From NCBI GenBank assembly GCA_025603075.1, contig MU626308.1, positions 54,202 to 118,201 on the forward strand: 64,000 nt of DNA, read 5' to 3'. The notes beneath the pieces were generated by a model. It made no database searches and was not told the origin of the DNA. It was given only the letters and a program-made list of their open reading frames with translations. This document shows, piece after piece, positions 12,311 through 24,282 of this stretch. Each line of letters opens with the position of its first letter. Within the stretch, counting starts at the first letter, position 1. Made by a program: the position numbers and the translations under genes. The DNA is from Neoconidiobolus thromboides FSU 785 (lineage: Eukaryota; Fungi; Entomophthoromycota).

Positions 12311-14069
12311 TTAATTTCTTGCTGGTGGTGCACTAATATCTGGGGCTCTTAAATGGTAATCTAATTCGATATTTAATATTAGTTCTTTTTGTAACAATAT
12401 AGTCAAATCCTACCTCCATTTTGGGTAATATAACGTACCCATGGCATAGCTTGGTATCCTGATTTTTCAACTACTTTAAGGTAACGTACTTGAATTCCAG
12501 AAGTTGTAAAATATGGAATTTCAAATTTAACTGAAATCGCTCTCTTTTTATCAATCTCCTCTAATTAAAGAATAATTTAATTGTGCTAATTGTATATCAT
12601 TATTAAAAATACCTGTTTTAACACTAGGTAGCCCAAATGAAGCTCTTAATACAAAATCACGTCCACCTTGGAATTGTTTAATCTTCCAAACAAATGCAGA
12701 TTTTTCTGGTGCATAAGAAACAGAACCAATGGTAGTCTACAATTCATCAATTTTAAATTAAATTATATAATGAGAGTAAATTATTACCTTAAATTTAGGG
12801 GTGTCAGCATCATTTGGTACAGGTACATGTATTTCGACATTATTGGCAGTCGACCTTTTTTTAAATTGTGCTTTTGCCTTTAATAATTGATATAAGTAAT
12901 CCATTTTTTAATATTTTACAAGTTACCTTAACAAGATATTCAATTTTAGATGAAGTGTATGTTTCTATAACAGTTTCACACCAAATTAAAGGTTTAACCT
13001 AAACTTAATTAAAATCCGTATTGTTAATATATATGTATTAATTTACCTGAGCATTTAAACGATAACTCATAAGCTCAAACTCACCATCTGGAGGAATGAA
13101 TGAGATCGTACGGTCTGATTCAAACTTAGATAAACGGACGCATTGATGGAATTTAACATCTTCCATTTCAACAGATTTACTATTATCTATAATTAAAATT
13201 TAATAAAATTTCAAAATTTCAAAACATAATTTTTACTTCTTCCAGTAAGCCCAAACATCACTTTGTCGTTTAAACCAAGTTTTAGTTCTGGCATACCAGA
13301 TAAATAACAACGCACTTTAAGTGCTCCAAGTACTTCACTTTGTAATACATTACCGTTTGTATTTACCTAAATCAATTTTATTACTATTATTATTATTTTG
13401 TACCATTATTTTATTATTTATTACCAATAAATTAACTTGTTCAACGACATCAAGGAAACACTCATTTTTACGATATTTAATATTTTCAGCTCTCCAAGAT
13501 ACTGCATTGGTAGCTGCTTTAGGTACTTTAACTTCGCTTTCAAGTTTATGACTTTCTTGAGTAATATACCTGAAAATAAACATAAGTTATTATATAATAT
13601 AAAAAAAACAAAAAGACAAACTCTTTAAGAATTTTAGTTTCAGTAGTTTGCGGGTAACCAAAATCCATCATCTCATCCAATAGCTCATAAATAATGACAA
13701 AATTGTCTCGGATCGACTCTTCTTCGAGGGATTTAAAATATTCAGTGAATACCTTTTTCAAAAATAAAATTAAATAAACTATAACTAAGAATCAATCCAA
13801 CTCACCTTTGTCAAACGATGTAAAAACAAAAGAATAGTACAAGCATTCGAGTTTTTTTTAGTGATAGCTAATAGATATAAGTTATTATGACGAATATAAA
13901 GGTAGTGGATGCCGTCACAACTTAAAACAGGTGATACATTATCTTCTTCTTCACTTGCTAATAATAGCGGCATAAACTTTTCTACCGCACTCAATGGTAT
14001 ATCCCCTCGGTAATTCCTAGATATCAATATCTTTCCTTTTAAATCTAATACAAATATTGCTGATGCCAT
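12311..14069 (-). CDS. APM1: AP-1 clathrin adaptor complex mu subunit, multi-exon
   Basis: [25 protein letters not shown]; [23 protein letters not shown]; [21 protein letters not shown]; [18 protein letters not shown]. Confidence 0.95.
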
Positions 14070-14609
14070 CCTAAAAATAATCAAACCTTATTGCCACTTT
14101 GTTCTTTAGTATTAATTTTGGAACCCTCGCGTTGGTAATAACCTATTGGTTTAAGATTGCAAATATTGCACTCGTTTGCAAATTGGAAACTGTTTTTTTT
14201 GGTTTCAATTTATTAAATGTTAATTTATATAAAATTAGATTGCTATTAATGGGTCAAATATGTGAAAAATGTCGAGTTAAGATTATGAAATAGATATAGC
14301 TAATAGAAACAAATATATAAAATCATTATGGTCGTTTATTGCCATTATTTATAACGAATAATAAAAATCACCCTTTGAAATTGAGCTTCAAAGTAGAGAT
14401 ACCTTAAAACTTTCAATTTTTTCCTTCTGTATAATAGAAACCTCAGTTGTAAATTTACATTAAATATTAATTTTTATTTTTTACGATCAACAATATGAAT
14501 ATTAGTTAAGTATAATTTAATAAAAAAGCCTTGCTTAACCTATGATAAAAAAAGCTCCATAATTTACACATTTAATCTTTATAAACAATAAAAAAGTAGA
14601 ATTTTCAAC

Positions 14610-14991
14610 TTATAATTCTGGACGATTAGTTTTAAAATCCCCAAGTCCACGATCAATATCCAAAGCTTTACGTTGTAAATCTCTTTCAAAGTTTCGGTGT
14701 ACTCCATAAACTGCAGATTTAAAACTAGTCATCACCAATCCTAAACGCCGTTCCATATTTCTTAATGTGGCTGTTATACCGGGTAGTTCGTCTCGATTGA
14801 CGGCTACTAATCGGTCATTGATCTAAGTCGAATTAATTTTAAATTTATAAATTTGCAAAATTATTTGAGCTAGTTACATGATTGAAAGTAAGTAATAACC
14901 TCTTATACTCTTCAAGGGTTTCAATCCTTAGTTTATACAATTGATCCATTTTAGTCAATTCATTCCCTCTATTTTGTAATGACTTATCCAT
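14610..14991 (-). CDS. DAD3: DASH/Dam1 kinetochore complex subunit Dad3, 2 exons
   Basis: LRIETLEEYKRLLLTFNH|INDRL...TLRNMERRLGLVMTSFKSAVY matches the Dad3 pattern (LRxxExKxGLVxTxxKxSVY); absent from the ORF track. Confidence 0.75.
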
Positions 14992-15217
14992 TTTATTTTT
15001 AAAAAGTATAAAGTAGAAAATTTGAGTTTTTGGTCTTTTATTGTTGAAGCTTACTTTATTTGCTGAAATTGAAATTTGTGAACTAAATTTAATAGTAATT
15101 TAAAACCCCATTCTTATATGAAAATAAGTAATAATTTTATATTAATTTAACAAAAAATTATAAAACAGATGCCCTAAACTTCAATCACTTTTATTAAATT
15201 AATAACTTATTTTCAAC

Positions 15218-18200
15218 TTATTCCTGTTTCTTTTTCTTTGCATAATTATACCATAATACAAAGGTCCTTTGAATAGCGATTTGGTTTCCAATATTCTCTG
15301 CTTTTAGCTACCAAATTATAATATTAATAATACGTCATTAAACAAATAGTATCCATTTACCATTTTAGTCTTTTTATTAAAATTAATTTGATTTAATTGA
15401 GCTAACCAAATATGAAAATGAGCTTTAAAGAGATAATGCTCTCTTTGAGCTAAAGATTGCTTTTCTAAAGACTTATATTGAATTAATTGTTTGCGCCAAA
15501 ATAAAATCATTTTTTTTAGTAAATGTTTCTTTTTCATAGACTCATTATCAATATTGTTATAACTATGATCTAATTCATATTGTAACTGAGGCTTTATTGT
15601 TAAATCAAATAATCTATCGACTAATATTATATCAAAATTAAATATTAATATTTATAGATTAAATTTTAACTTACCTTTTCTATTTAATACTTGATCCTTC
15701 CAACGTAAAAGCATCATTTTTTTAAATGCCTTTAAGGCAAACTCTTCCGCCAAAATTTTATTCTATAAAGCAATCATTTAATTTAAAAAAATCAAGTTAA
15801 ATTAAATTAGAATTAATTACTTGCTTATTTTCTTTATATTTACTAATTAATTTATTAAGTATTTTTTTTTTAATCTTGTTTGGTTTCTCCGTACTGTAAT
15901 TAAACAAGTTTTCTCGGCTTGTTTTTATCGTTGGATTTGAAATTACAATCATAGCTTTAATAGCACTTTCAGCACTATCATTGTCATTTATCCTTTTCAA
16001 AAATGGTAATGCCATGTTAGGATTTTTTATTATCACATTAAATATTAAATATTGTCGGTGTAGTCTACTCCAACGTTGTAAAGTTCGAGTAATTATACTA
16101 AAAAATACTATTAACTATTACAATATTACTTATAGTTTATTTATTACCTTCTTATTCGATATTCATCTGCTATTTTTATTGCTAAAATATACCATTCACT
16201 ACATTCTATATTATTTTGATTATTATTTATCAAAGCGTCTTTATAATTACTAATTTTTTGCTTCTGGACTCCCAACTGTTTAGTTGGGTTTACGTTATTC
16301 CAATTATAAGGTTTTAAATTTATATTATTATCATTTCTAACCAAAAAAGAACTTGCCCAATTAAAAGAAATAAATCTATTTGAACTAGACTCATCCATAG
16401 TTAATCTTTGTAATCTCCTTTGTACTTTATTGGACTCTAAATGCTCTTTCCACAACTCAAACATCCTTTTCATTAACATATATTTTGTTTCAACTTCCTT
16501 TAATTCCTTATTTTTATGGAAAAGCCTAAGTCAAATAATTAATATTATTACAATAATAAAAATAAAAAATAAATTACAAGCACTTTTGTTTACATTGTTG
16601 AATTCCAATAAACCTGTTTTTTAATAAGTCAAAATAGGAACCTAATAAATGCTGTTAATCATAATTAAAACATTATTTTAAATTTACTTTTTATTCGACG
16701 TTCAACCATTTCTTTAGCAATTGGTTCCATTCTTTTGACTTTAATACAATTTTCTAGCCCTTTACCAAATTTGTCTAAATAAAATCAATTTTAACTTTGA
16801 TAATTAATAACTAGTATGAATATTACTATATAATATAGATAAACGCGTATGCTGAATTCTATGTTGAGCATATTGAATTTGTTTAAAATATTGATACCAT
16901 TTAAAAAGATTTCTATTAACTATAAAATAGTTGGTTCTTTTTGCATCCTTTAGGAAGATTAGTATTTTGTACTTTTATAATAAGCTAAATTTACCTCAAA
17001 CTGTTCTTTTAGCTTCCTTCTCCATAAAATAACCATTTTTATAACAAGAAACCTATTTTTGCGACTAAGATAAGAAGAAAGCATTGCTTCACAATATTGT
17101 ATTGTCCTTGAATTATCACTTGAATCATTGTATTGAGCATTGTTTTCACTTTGCAGTATATAGTCTGGTCCAACATAATCATTATCCTGTTTGGCAATAT
17201 TATCGTTATTATTGGCATGCTGTATTTCTGTTGAATTGAATATATTTATTCTTTTATCTCCAATGGTGTTTCGCTCGTTATTACGATCATTGGTTTTACT
17301 AAAAGATTCATCTACTATATTTAAATATTTATTATTATCTAAATAGTATCAAAAATTACCCCAATCATGTATTATTACCGATTCCCCAGTTATAATAGTA
17401 TCAATCTTATCTTGTTCTGTAACACCTCTCTCTTCATTAAAGCTAGTATTAGGTTCAACAGAAAAAATATTTTCTAGTAATTTTAGTTCTTTTAGTTCTT
17501 TTTCTATTCTCGCTTTATTTTCTTCTTCTTCCCTATTCAATTTTTAATATCAAAGCAAATCAAAGTATAAACTCTCACTTTCTCTTTAATCTATTAGGTT
17601 CACTATTGATGTATATTTGTTTCCATATTCCAAAATATTTTCTTTTAGTTTTATTTGCCAGTTTCAACTAATAAAAGTTAATAATTCTACGACTTAAATG
17701 ATAAATAATAAATATTACTGATATAAAATTTAATTTCCTAGAATATGTTTGATATAATTGTTTCCAACATGTAAAGTACAATAATAACGTGTCCTTTTTT
17801 CTGTATAAATTTCTTTCATATGCTATTTAAACATTATATAAATATCTATTAAGTATTTATTGTTATTGTATTCTAAATTATATTTACCATATAAAATTAA
17901 TTGGTTTAGTTCATTTGATTTTTTAGTTGAAATACTATTATTATTGTTCCATAGCTCAGCAAGCTCATTTAAGTTGGGATAATTTAATATTTGATCTTTT
18001 AAATCATAATTAATAGCTTCAAACGTATCATCTTGATTGTTTGTTTCTTTATTACTAATTTTAATGACTTCTTCATAAGCATCACTTGTCAATTGAGGTT
18101 GAGATTGATCCTCTTTATTTCCTTTATTTATATTAATTACTTCTACATATCCTTCACTTGAAAATAAATCTGAGTTATGTTGGCTCTTATTATTACTATT

Positions 18201-19217
18201 ACTTTCATCATAATTTATATTTTTTATTTTTTGTTCAATGTCATTTAATTCAGAATCAGAAACATAATTGTTATTCGTTGGTTTAATAAAATCAATATTT
18301 TGGTTCCTTTGATTCTGAAAATTTATATTAATATTCTCATCTTGATTATGATATAACTTTTCTTTTAATGATGAGAATGGCCCTAATTCACTTTTAGTAT
18401 TTTTGCTCTCTTTATTTGTTTCATCATAATTGATCGGAGAAGAGGACCTAAAGATTTGAAACTCTGTATCTCTCTTGTGGTTGCTACTAATATAATCATC
18501 AACTCGTTGAATTGAAGGGGAAATGGATAGCTCTTGTTGTAATTTATTACTTTGATATGGAATATCTGTATTATAGTTTAAACTTTCTATTTGATTACTA
18601 TTCAATGGGCTTGAAAATATTTGCTTAAAGTTGGAGATGCCTCTTTCCATCTTTTCATCTTTATTTTTATTGAAGGGTTTACTTTTATTAACTTGTGGAG
18701 TTCGATTTTTCATTGTAGGAGACTATGTAATAAATAAATATACTTAAAAATAAATATTAACTTACTAGATGAACTTGGGTTCTTTCATAAAAAACAGATT
18801 CACTATATATTGAAGCTAAATCACCCATATGGCCAAAATCACTGTAAGCATTTGTGTTTATGCTTCCATTACTCTTTTATTTTGTTAGTTTGTATCAAAT
18901 AAATAAGTAAGAAATATACCTTATCTGGGTTGAATACTTCACTTTCATCACTTTAAAGCACAATTTAAAATTTAAAATAAAATAAAATAAAAATAAACAA
19001 ATTACAAAATTGTATCTCTTGTTTCGTTATGATCTAAGTTTATTGGTAAGTTGATAAAGTCTATTGATATTTCATCATTTAATGAGTTCTATAAAAAATT
19101 ATATTAAAGTCTAAAATATATGACTGAGCTTACTTCAGTTTCTTCATACCAATCATTTTTTATATAATTTAATATTTTTTTATGTTCTTCATTTATCTCT
19201 TTCCAATGCTCATCCAT
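15218..19217 (-). CDS. Sfi1-like centrin-binding spindle pole body/centrosome protein, multi-exon
   Basis: At least 7 LLxxx(F/L)xxW(K/R) repeats: LLKKMILFWRK, LFKAHFHIW, LMKRMFELWKE, LVIKMVILWRR, IVNRNLFKW, FKKMMLLRWKD, AIQRTFVLW; disordered N-terminal half. Confidence 0.68.
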
Positions 19218-19372
19218 CCCTCTTTCTTAATTTAAAATATTGAAGTTTATAAAAACGTAAACTAATTTTTCCAAAAGTTCGATTTTAAACTCATTTTTGG
19301 CAAATAATTTCACTTTGAAATTTAAAGTTTGATGATTTGGTTGTCTCTTTTTATTTTTATTTAATTTTATAA

Positions 19373-19918
19373 ATGTCTAACAATAACACCACCACTTCAA
19401 CTGAAAAATGTATAATATGTAAAACAAACGATAAGAAATATAAGTGCCCAAACTGTTTAATAAACTATTGTTCTGTTATATGCTTTAAAGTTCATAAAGA
19501 AACCCCATGTATAAAAGTAATTGAAGGTAATAAATCCCAAATATCTATTGAATTGAGCTAACTATGTAATAATTTAGTCAAAAAAAGGAAATTAGATGAG
19601 AACAAAACTAAAGCAAAGATAAAGCTATCAGAGAGTACTATACAAAAGATAAGGGAAGGTTTGGATGAAGAGGACTTTATACCAGTAGAAGAGATGGAAA
19701 ATAAACTTAATTCAGAAGAGTTAAACAAAATATTAAAAAAAGATAAGGTTATAGAGATACTAAATGATATATTAGATTATGATGATGGTAGTAATCCAAC
19801 TAAGAACGCTAAAAAACAAATAGATTTAGTTAGTCAAATACAGCAAAATTTTTCAACTAGTTTACAAAATGGAATAGAGCATCCCCTTGAAGAATTATTC
19901 CAATTTTTAAAAAAGTAG
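19373..19918 (+). CDS. HIT-type zinc finger protein (Hit1/ZNHIT3-like), 2 exons
   Basis: CIICKTNDKKYKCPNCLINYCSVICFKVHKETPC zf-HIT motif; C-terminal helical exon. Confidence 0.85.
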
Positions 19919-20043
19919 AAACATTAATAGCGACAAAAGTTTTTAAATACTTTATAATCAATATAACATATATGTCAATATAATTTAATCTTTATTTTAT
20001 CGAAACTTTAATAAATAGAATTTAAAGCTCCTATTAAAATTAT

Positions 20044-21219
20044 TTAATTTAATTTTGCTGCTATTTTCCTTTGATAAAACTTCTTAAAGAATAATGAAAC
20101 ATAAACTAATATTAATAGAACTGGTACTTCAATCAAAGGACCGATTACAGCTCCTAAAGCTTGTGGGGAGCTGACACCAAAGGTACCAATACAGATGGCG
20201 ATAGCAAGTTCAAAGTTATTACCAGAGGCAGTAAAAGACTGAGTAACAGCTATTTCATAAGGTATATTAAGTAAATATGACATAAAAAAGGTGCTGAAAA
20301 AGATTATAAAAAAATAGAGGATCAAAGGGACTGCTAATCTAGCTACGTTACTAGGATTTTGAATAACTTCTTTACCTTGTATAGCAAATAAAATAACGAT
20401 AGTAAATAGTAAACCCAATAAGGAAGCAGGCCCAAACTTTGGAAGAAATCTTTCATTGTACCATTTTCTACCTTTAAAGTAAAGTAAAGTATATCGGGTT
20501 ACTATTCCCAATAACAAAGGTATACCAAGGTAAATCAAGACTCCTTTAACCACAGTCCATAATTCAATGTTGATTTCACTTGACTCAAGGTTTAATGATT
20601 CTGGTATAATCTTAATGATAAGTATAGCTAATGGACCATATAAAGCAATTTGTAAAATGGAGTTGATAGCTACCAAAATAGCACAATATTCTGAGTGACC
20701 ACCAGCCAAAGTATTCCAAATCAATACCATAGCAATACATCTAGCAATACCAACCAAAATGATACCCGTTCTATACTCTGGTAAGTCAGGTAACGTTAAC
20801 CAAGCTAAAAGAGTCATCAGAGTAGGACCAAGTAACCAATTAATAACTAGAGACATAACCAATTGCTTCCATAGTATCTTGGATGTTAATAAAGAAGGTA
20901 TCAACTCATAGTTCACTTTAGCAAGCACCGGAAACATCATCCAGATTAAACCTATACATACTGGTAAAGAAACTCCATCAACTTGCACTAGTTCAGCTAC
21001 AACCTTTACATTGGGTACGAAGTTACCGAGCAAAAGCCCCAAGGTTATAGCTAGCGCAATAAGGATGGGTAAAAGCTTATCTAATATACTAAGTTTATTT
21101 AAAACTTGAGCTATCTCTTTATTATCGTTGCCTTGAAGTTTGTGATCTCCACTTTCTATCATAACTCCGTTATCATCTATGATATCTTCATTTTTTATTT
21201 CTAATTTATGGTCTGCCAT
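20044..21219 (-). CDS. ACR3: ACR3 family arsenite efflux transporter, intronless
   Basis: LSILDKLLP, GLIWMMFPVLAKV, GIARCIAMVLIWN (conserved Cys), ASGNNFELAIA, GPLIEVPVL. Confidence 0.95.
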   Translation of the reverse strand: MADHKLEIKNEDIIDDNGVMIESGDHKLQGNDNKEIAQVLNKLSILDKLLPILIALAITLGLLLGNFVPNVKVVAELVQVDGVSLPVCIGLIWMMFPVLAKVNYELIPSLLTSKILWKQLVMSLVINWLLGPTLMTLLAWLTLPDLPEYRTGIILVGIARCIAMVLIWNTLAGGHSEYCAILVAINSILQIALYGPLAILIIKIIPESLNLESSEINIELWTVVKGVLIYLGIPLLLGIVTRYTLLYFKGRKWYNERFLPKFGPASLLGLLFTIVILFAIQGKEVIQNPSNVARLAVPLILYFFIIFFSTFFMSYLLNIPYEIAVTQSFTASGNNFELAIAICIGTFGVSSPQALGAVIGPLIEVPVLLILVYVSLFFKKFYQRKIAAKLN

Positions 21220-23263
21220 TTTTATTATGCAGATTTATTTATGAGTATATTATTTTCCTTTTTTCTAATTTATTTTTTTCTCAAATCACCGAGTTTATAT
21301 TATTTCTTGATTCCGACAGTTTAAGCATCTTTCCCTGCCATTTATAATTTACAATTTTAGTAGTTAGCTTATTGTGTCACTGTTAAATTTCATTATTTTA
21401 ATCCATTAATTTTTAACTTAAACCTTTCAATATACTAAGTAAAAAGTTGGGTTCAAAAGGAGGCTCTTTTATTTCTATAATATAATAAATAGCCACTCAA
21501 AGTATATGAGAAAAAGTTTAAGCTATTTAGTTTTTATGATATAATAAAAGTATGATTAAAATTATATCGAATTTAGCTCACCATAGTATCAGTTTAAGGA
21601 AATTTATAATTGTTGAAGAAATCAAGGAAAATTTTGACCACCCAATTCCCCACTTTTTTAATTTCAAGGTTCTAGAACTTGCTATTCTTTCAAAAACATA
21701 CATAAGAATTCTAAACAACAATATTATGTAACTATTTTAATCAGGAAAATAAACACTGTATAAGGGCAGTTTGTAAAGATCCGGTTGTAAGAAGCTATTT
21801 GTAAGATAGATATTACACTGAAAGTTATTTCAATTTATTACTTTTTAAAACAAAGTAAAGATTATAACAAAACGTCACTAAGAACAGCTTTATTTAAAAA
21901 AAAATTACCATAGCATTTCTGGACATTTAGATGTTTAAATGATAGAAAAACAAGCTTCTCTTGTATAAAAAGTTGACCAAAGCTGTATGACATAGATTTA
22001 CTATAGTAAATCTACAAAATAAAATTTTTGTTAGTAAAAACAATGACTTCACTAGATTTTAACAATTTGCTATTTATAGACACTTTCTTTTAGATGTTTA
22101 AGCATCTATTATAAAAAATTCGAAATAAATCCTAAAAACTTCATAAAAACTAATGTTTGTTCTTCAAAATATTTAACTTGGTTTTATTAAGTGAGCTTTA
22201 TAAGTAGTGTCTCTCATTGTTTGCCAACCATTTAAATTGCATATAGGTTTAAAAAATGTAAAAATTAGGCTTTTTGAATAATAAGCATTGTACGCTGTAT
22301 ATTGTTTATTTTTTTATTTTTTGCATTAGTCTATTTTTAAGAGATTTTCTTTTTTGGTAGATGATTTTGTGAAAAAATAAATGAACAGAACAAAGATAGA
22401 AGGAATCAATAGCCTATCTAAATGACAGATCAAATATCCCAAAGTATAAATGTTGTTAGATATAACGAGCCATATGTTAAATGCTTAAGATGTAGGCCTA
22501 TTAGATACCCTTACACTTCAGCTATTAAGATATAGTGTAATTAGTCTATTAAATGGTCACCTTGTTTTTTAATAAAGTAGTTATAATGGATTCAATCATA
22601 AAGACTGGCACACTATTGTGGCAACTTTTGATGTTGAGAATGCACCATTAGTTATTAAATTCAAGGTGAATCGTTCCTACAGTATAGGAGCTGGGTAAGA
22701 GATCATGCGATCCATTTAGAAAGACTCAGTTCTAAATAGTATTTCGACGACACCTGAACACTCTACCCTATTTCCATTAGATATCAATCCAGAAAATGAT
22801 TCTATCATTGAAGAGACCACATTTAATTATTCAATTGATCTTGATGAGCTATTATAAGCGTAAGAGTAAATAATCGGCCTTTTTAACTTAATTGGTATAC
22901 ATTCCTTGCCAATTTGGTTCCCTGATAATCTATCTAGGAATGATTTGAAATTATCTAAACAATAATTTAAAAATCTGCTTACGGTTTTATGTTTTAGTTG
23001 TTATATTTCCGTATAAATTAACAATAAATGTACTAATGATAATATTAAACCATCAAAAGAAATGAAGCAAACAATAAAACACTTTAACCAAAATTGCTTT
23101 TAATTGTATTTTTCTATTCTGGTTTATATAATTTAGTTTATTTTGTTCTTCCACATTAAACCTTTCACTTGCTAATTTATTCTATATCCTTTTTGCGTGC
23201 TATGATCATTCGATTTTTAGTTAAAACAATAAAAACAATACCAGTAAATTCAAAATGATTTAT

Positions 23264-24110
23264 TCAATTATAGTAAAGAGCAAATATAACAACAGTGCAA
23301 ATAAAATCCTCCTAAAACAAGTAAATGACTAAATAAAAATAAATGTTAAATGATTTACTTTTTTATATGTTTCTTGAATCATTTTATCTTTTTCAGTATC
23401 CCAAAACATGGCACTATCCATACTAAACAACATTAAAATAGAATCCTTTGATTTAAAAATAACTTACATTGTTCCATGGCCTTTATTTTGAAATAAATTA
23501 ACTTGTACAATATATTTATATCTTTCAATATTATACCCTAAGACAAATGATCAATAATTAAGTGAAGATAAAGTTTTGAATTACCTAGGATAAGTTCTTC
23601 AATTAGCCCCGCCAATTGTTTAGCTTTTAAGTTTTTATCTTTGTTTTCTAAGGATAAGTATTCTAATTCTAATTCAGTATAACTTTTATTTTTTAACTGA
23701 GAGTTATTATTTATTGCATCTGTTGAAATCGATTTCACATCTTTTATTTCTTCTCCTAAATATGCATCCAAATCTTTGACTTCTTCATCATTTTCTTTTA
23801 TTATTATTACTTCTTCATCTTTTAGGTTTACTTTTACTTCTTCATTTTCTTCCTCGTTTCCTTCTTTCTCGTCTGTTTCATTTTGTTTCTTCTCACTTTC
23901 TTTTTCTTCTGTTTCTTTTTTTTCTTGTCCCTCTTTTATTGACATGGTTTGAATGGAATCCCTAAGTTCTTCTGTACTTGTTGAAACCGAAGTCATTTTA
24001 CCATTAGTTGTTGGATTATTTAATTCTAAATAATCATTTGGAAATTCAAAGTTATCCAATTCTTTTATTAACAAATTTTTAATATCCATGTGGATAGTAT
24101 CTGGAAACAT
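23264..24110 (-). CDS. Tctex-1 family dynein light chain (TCTEX1D2-type) with a long acidic insertion, 4 exons
   Basis: Spliced C-terminus GYNIERYKYIVQVNLFQNKGHGTIMDSAMFWDTEKDKMIQETYKKEDFICTVVIFALYYN-stop; N-terminal IHMDIKNLLIKELDNFEF helix. Confidence 0.8.
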
Positions 24111-24282
24111 CTTATTTCTAATATTTTTAAAAAAATAGTTTAATACTAAATAAAAAGAAGAGCTACTCAAGGCTTTAATGTTTTTTGCATTTTACTTTTG
24201 CACTGTTTTTGCACAATTATTGTATATAAATAAATGGAACTTTTTCAAGTGACGTAGGATTAAGGTTTATTTTAAAAAAGAA

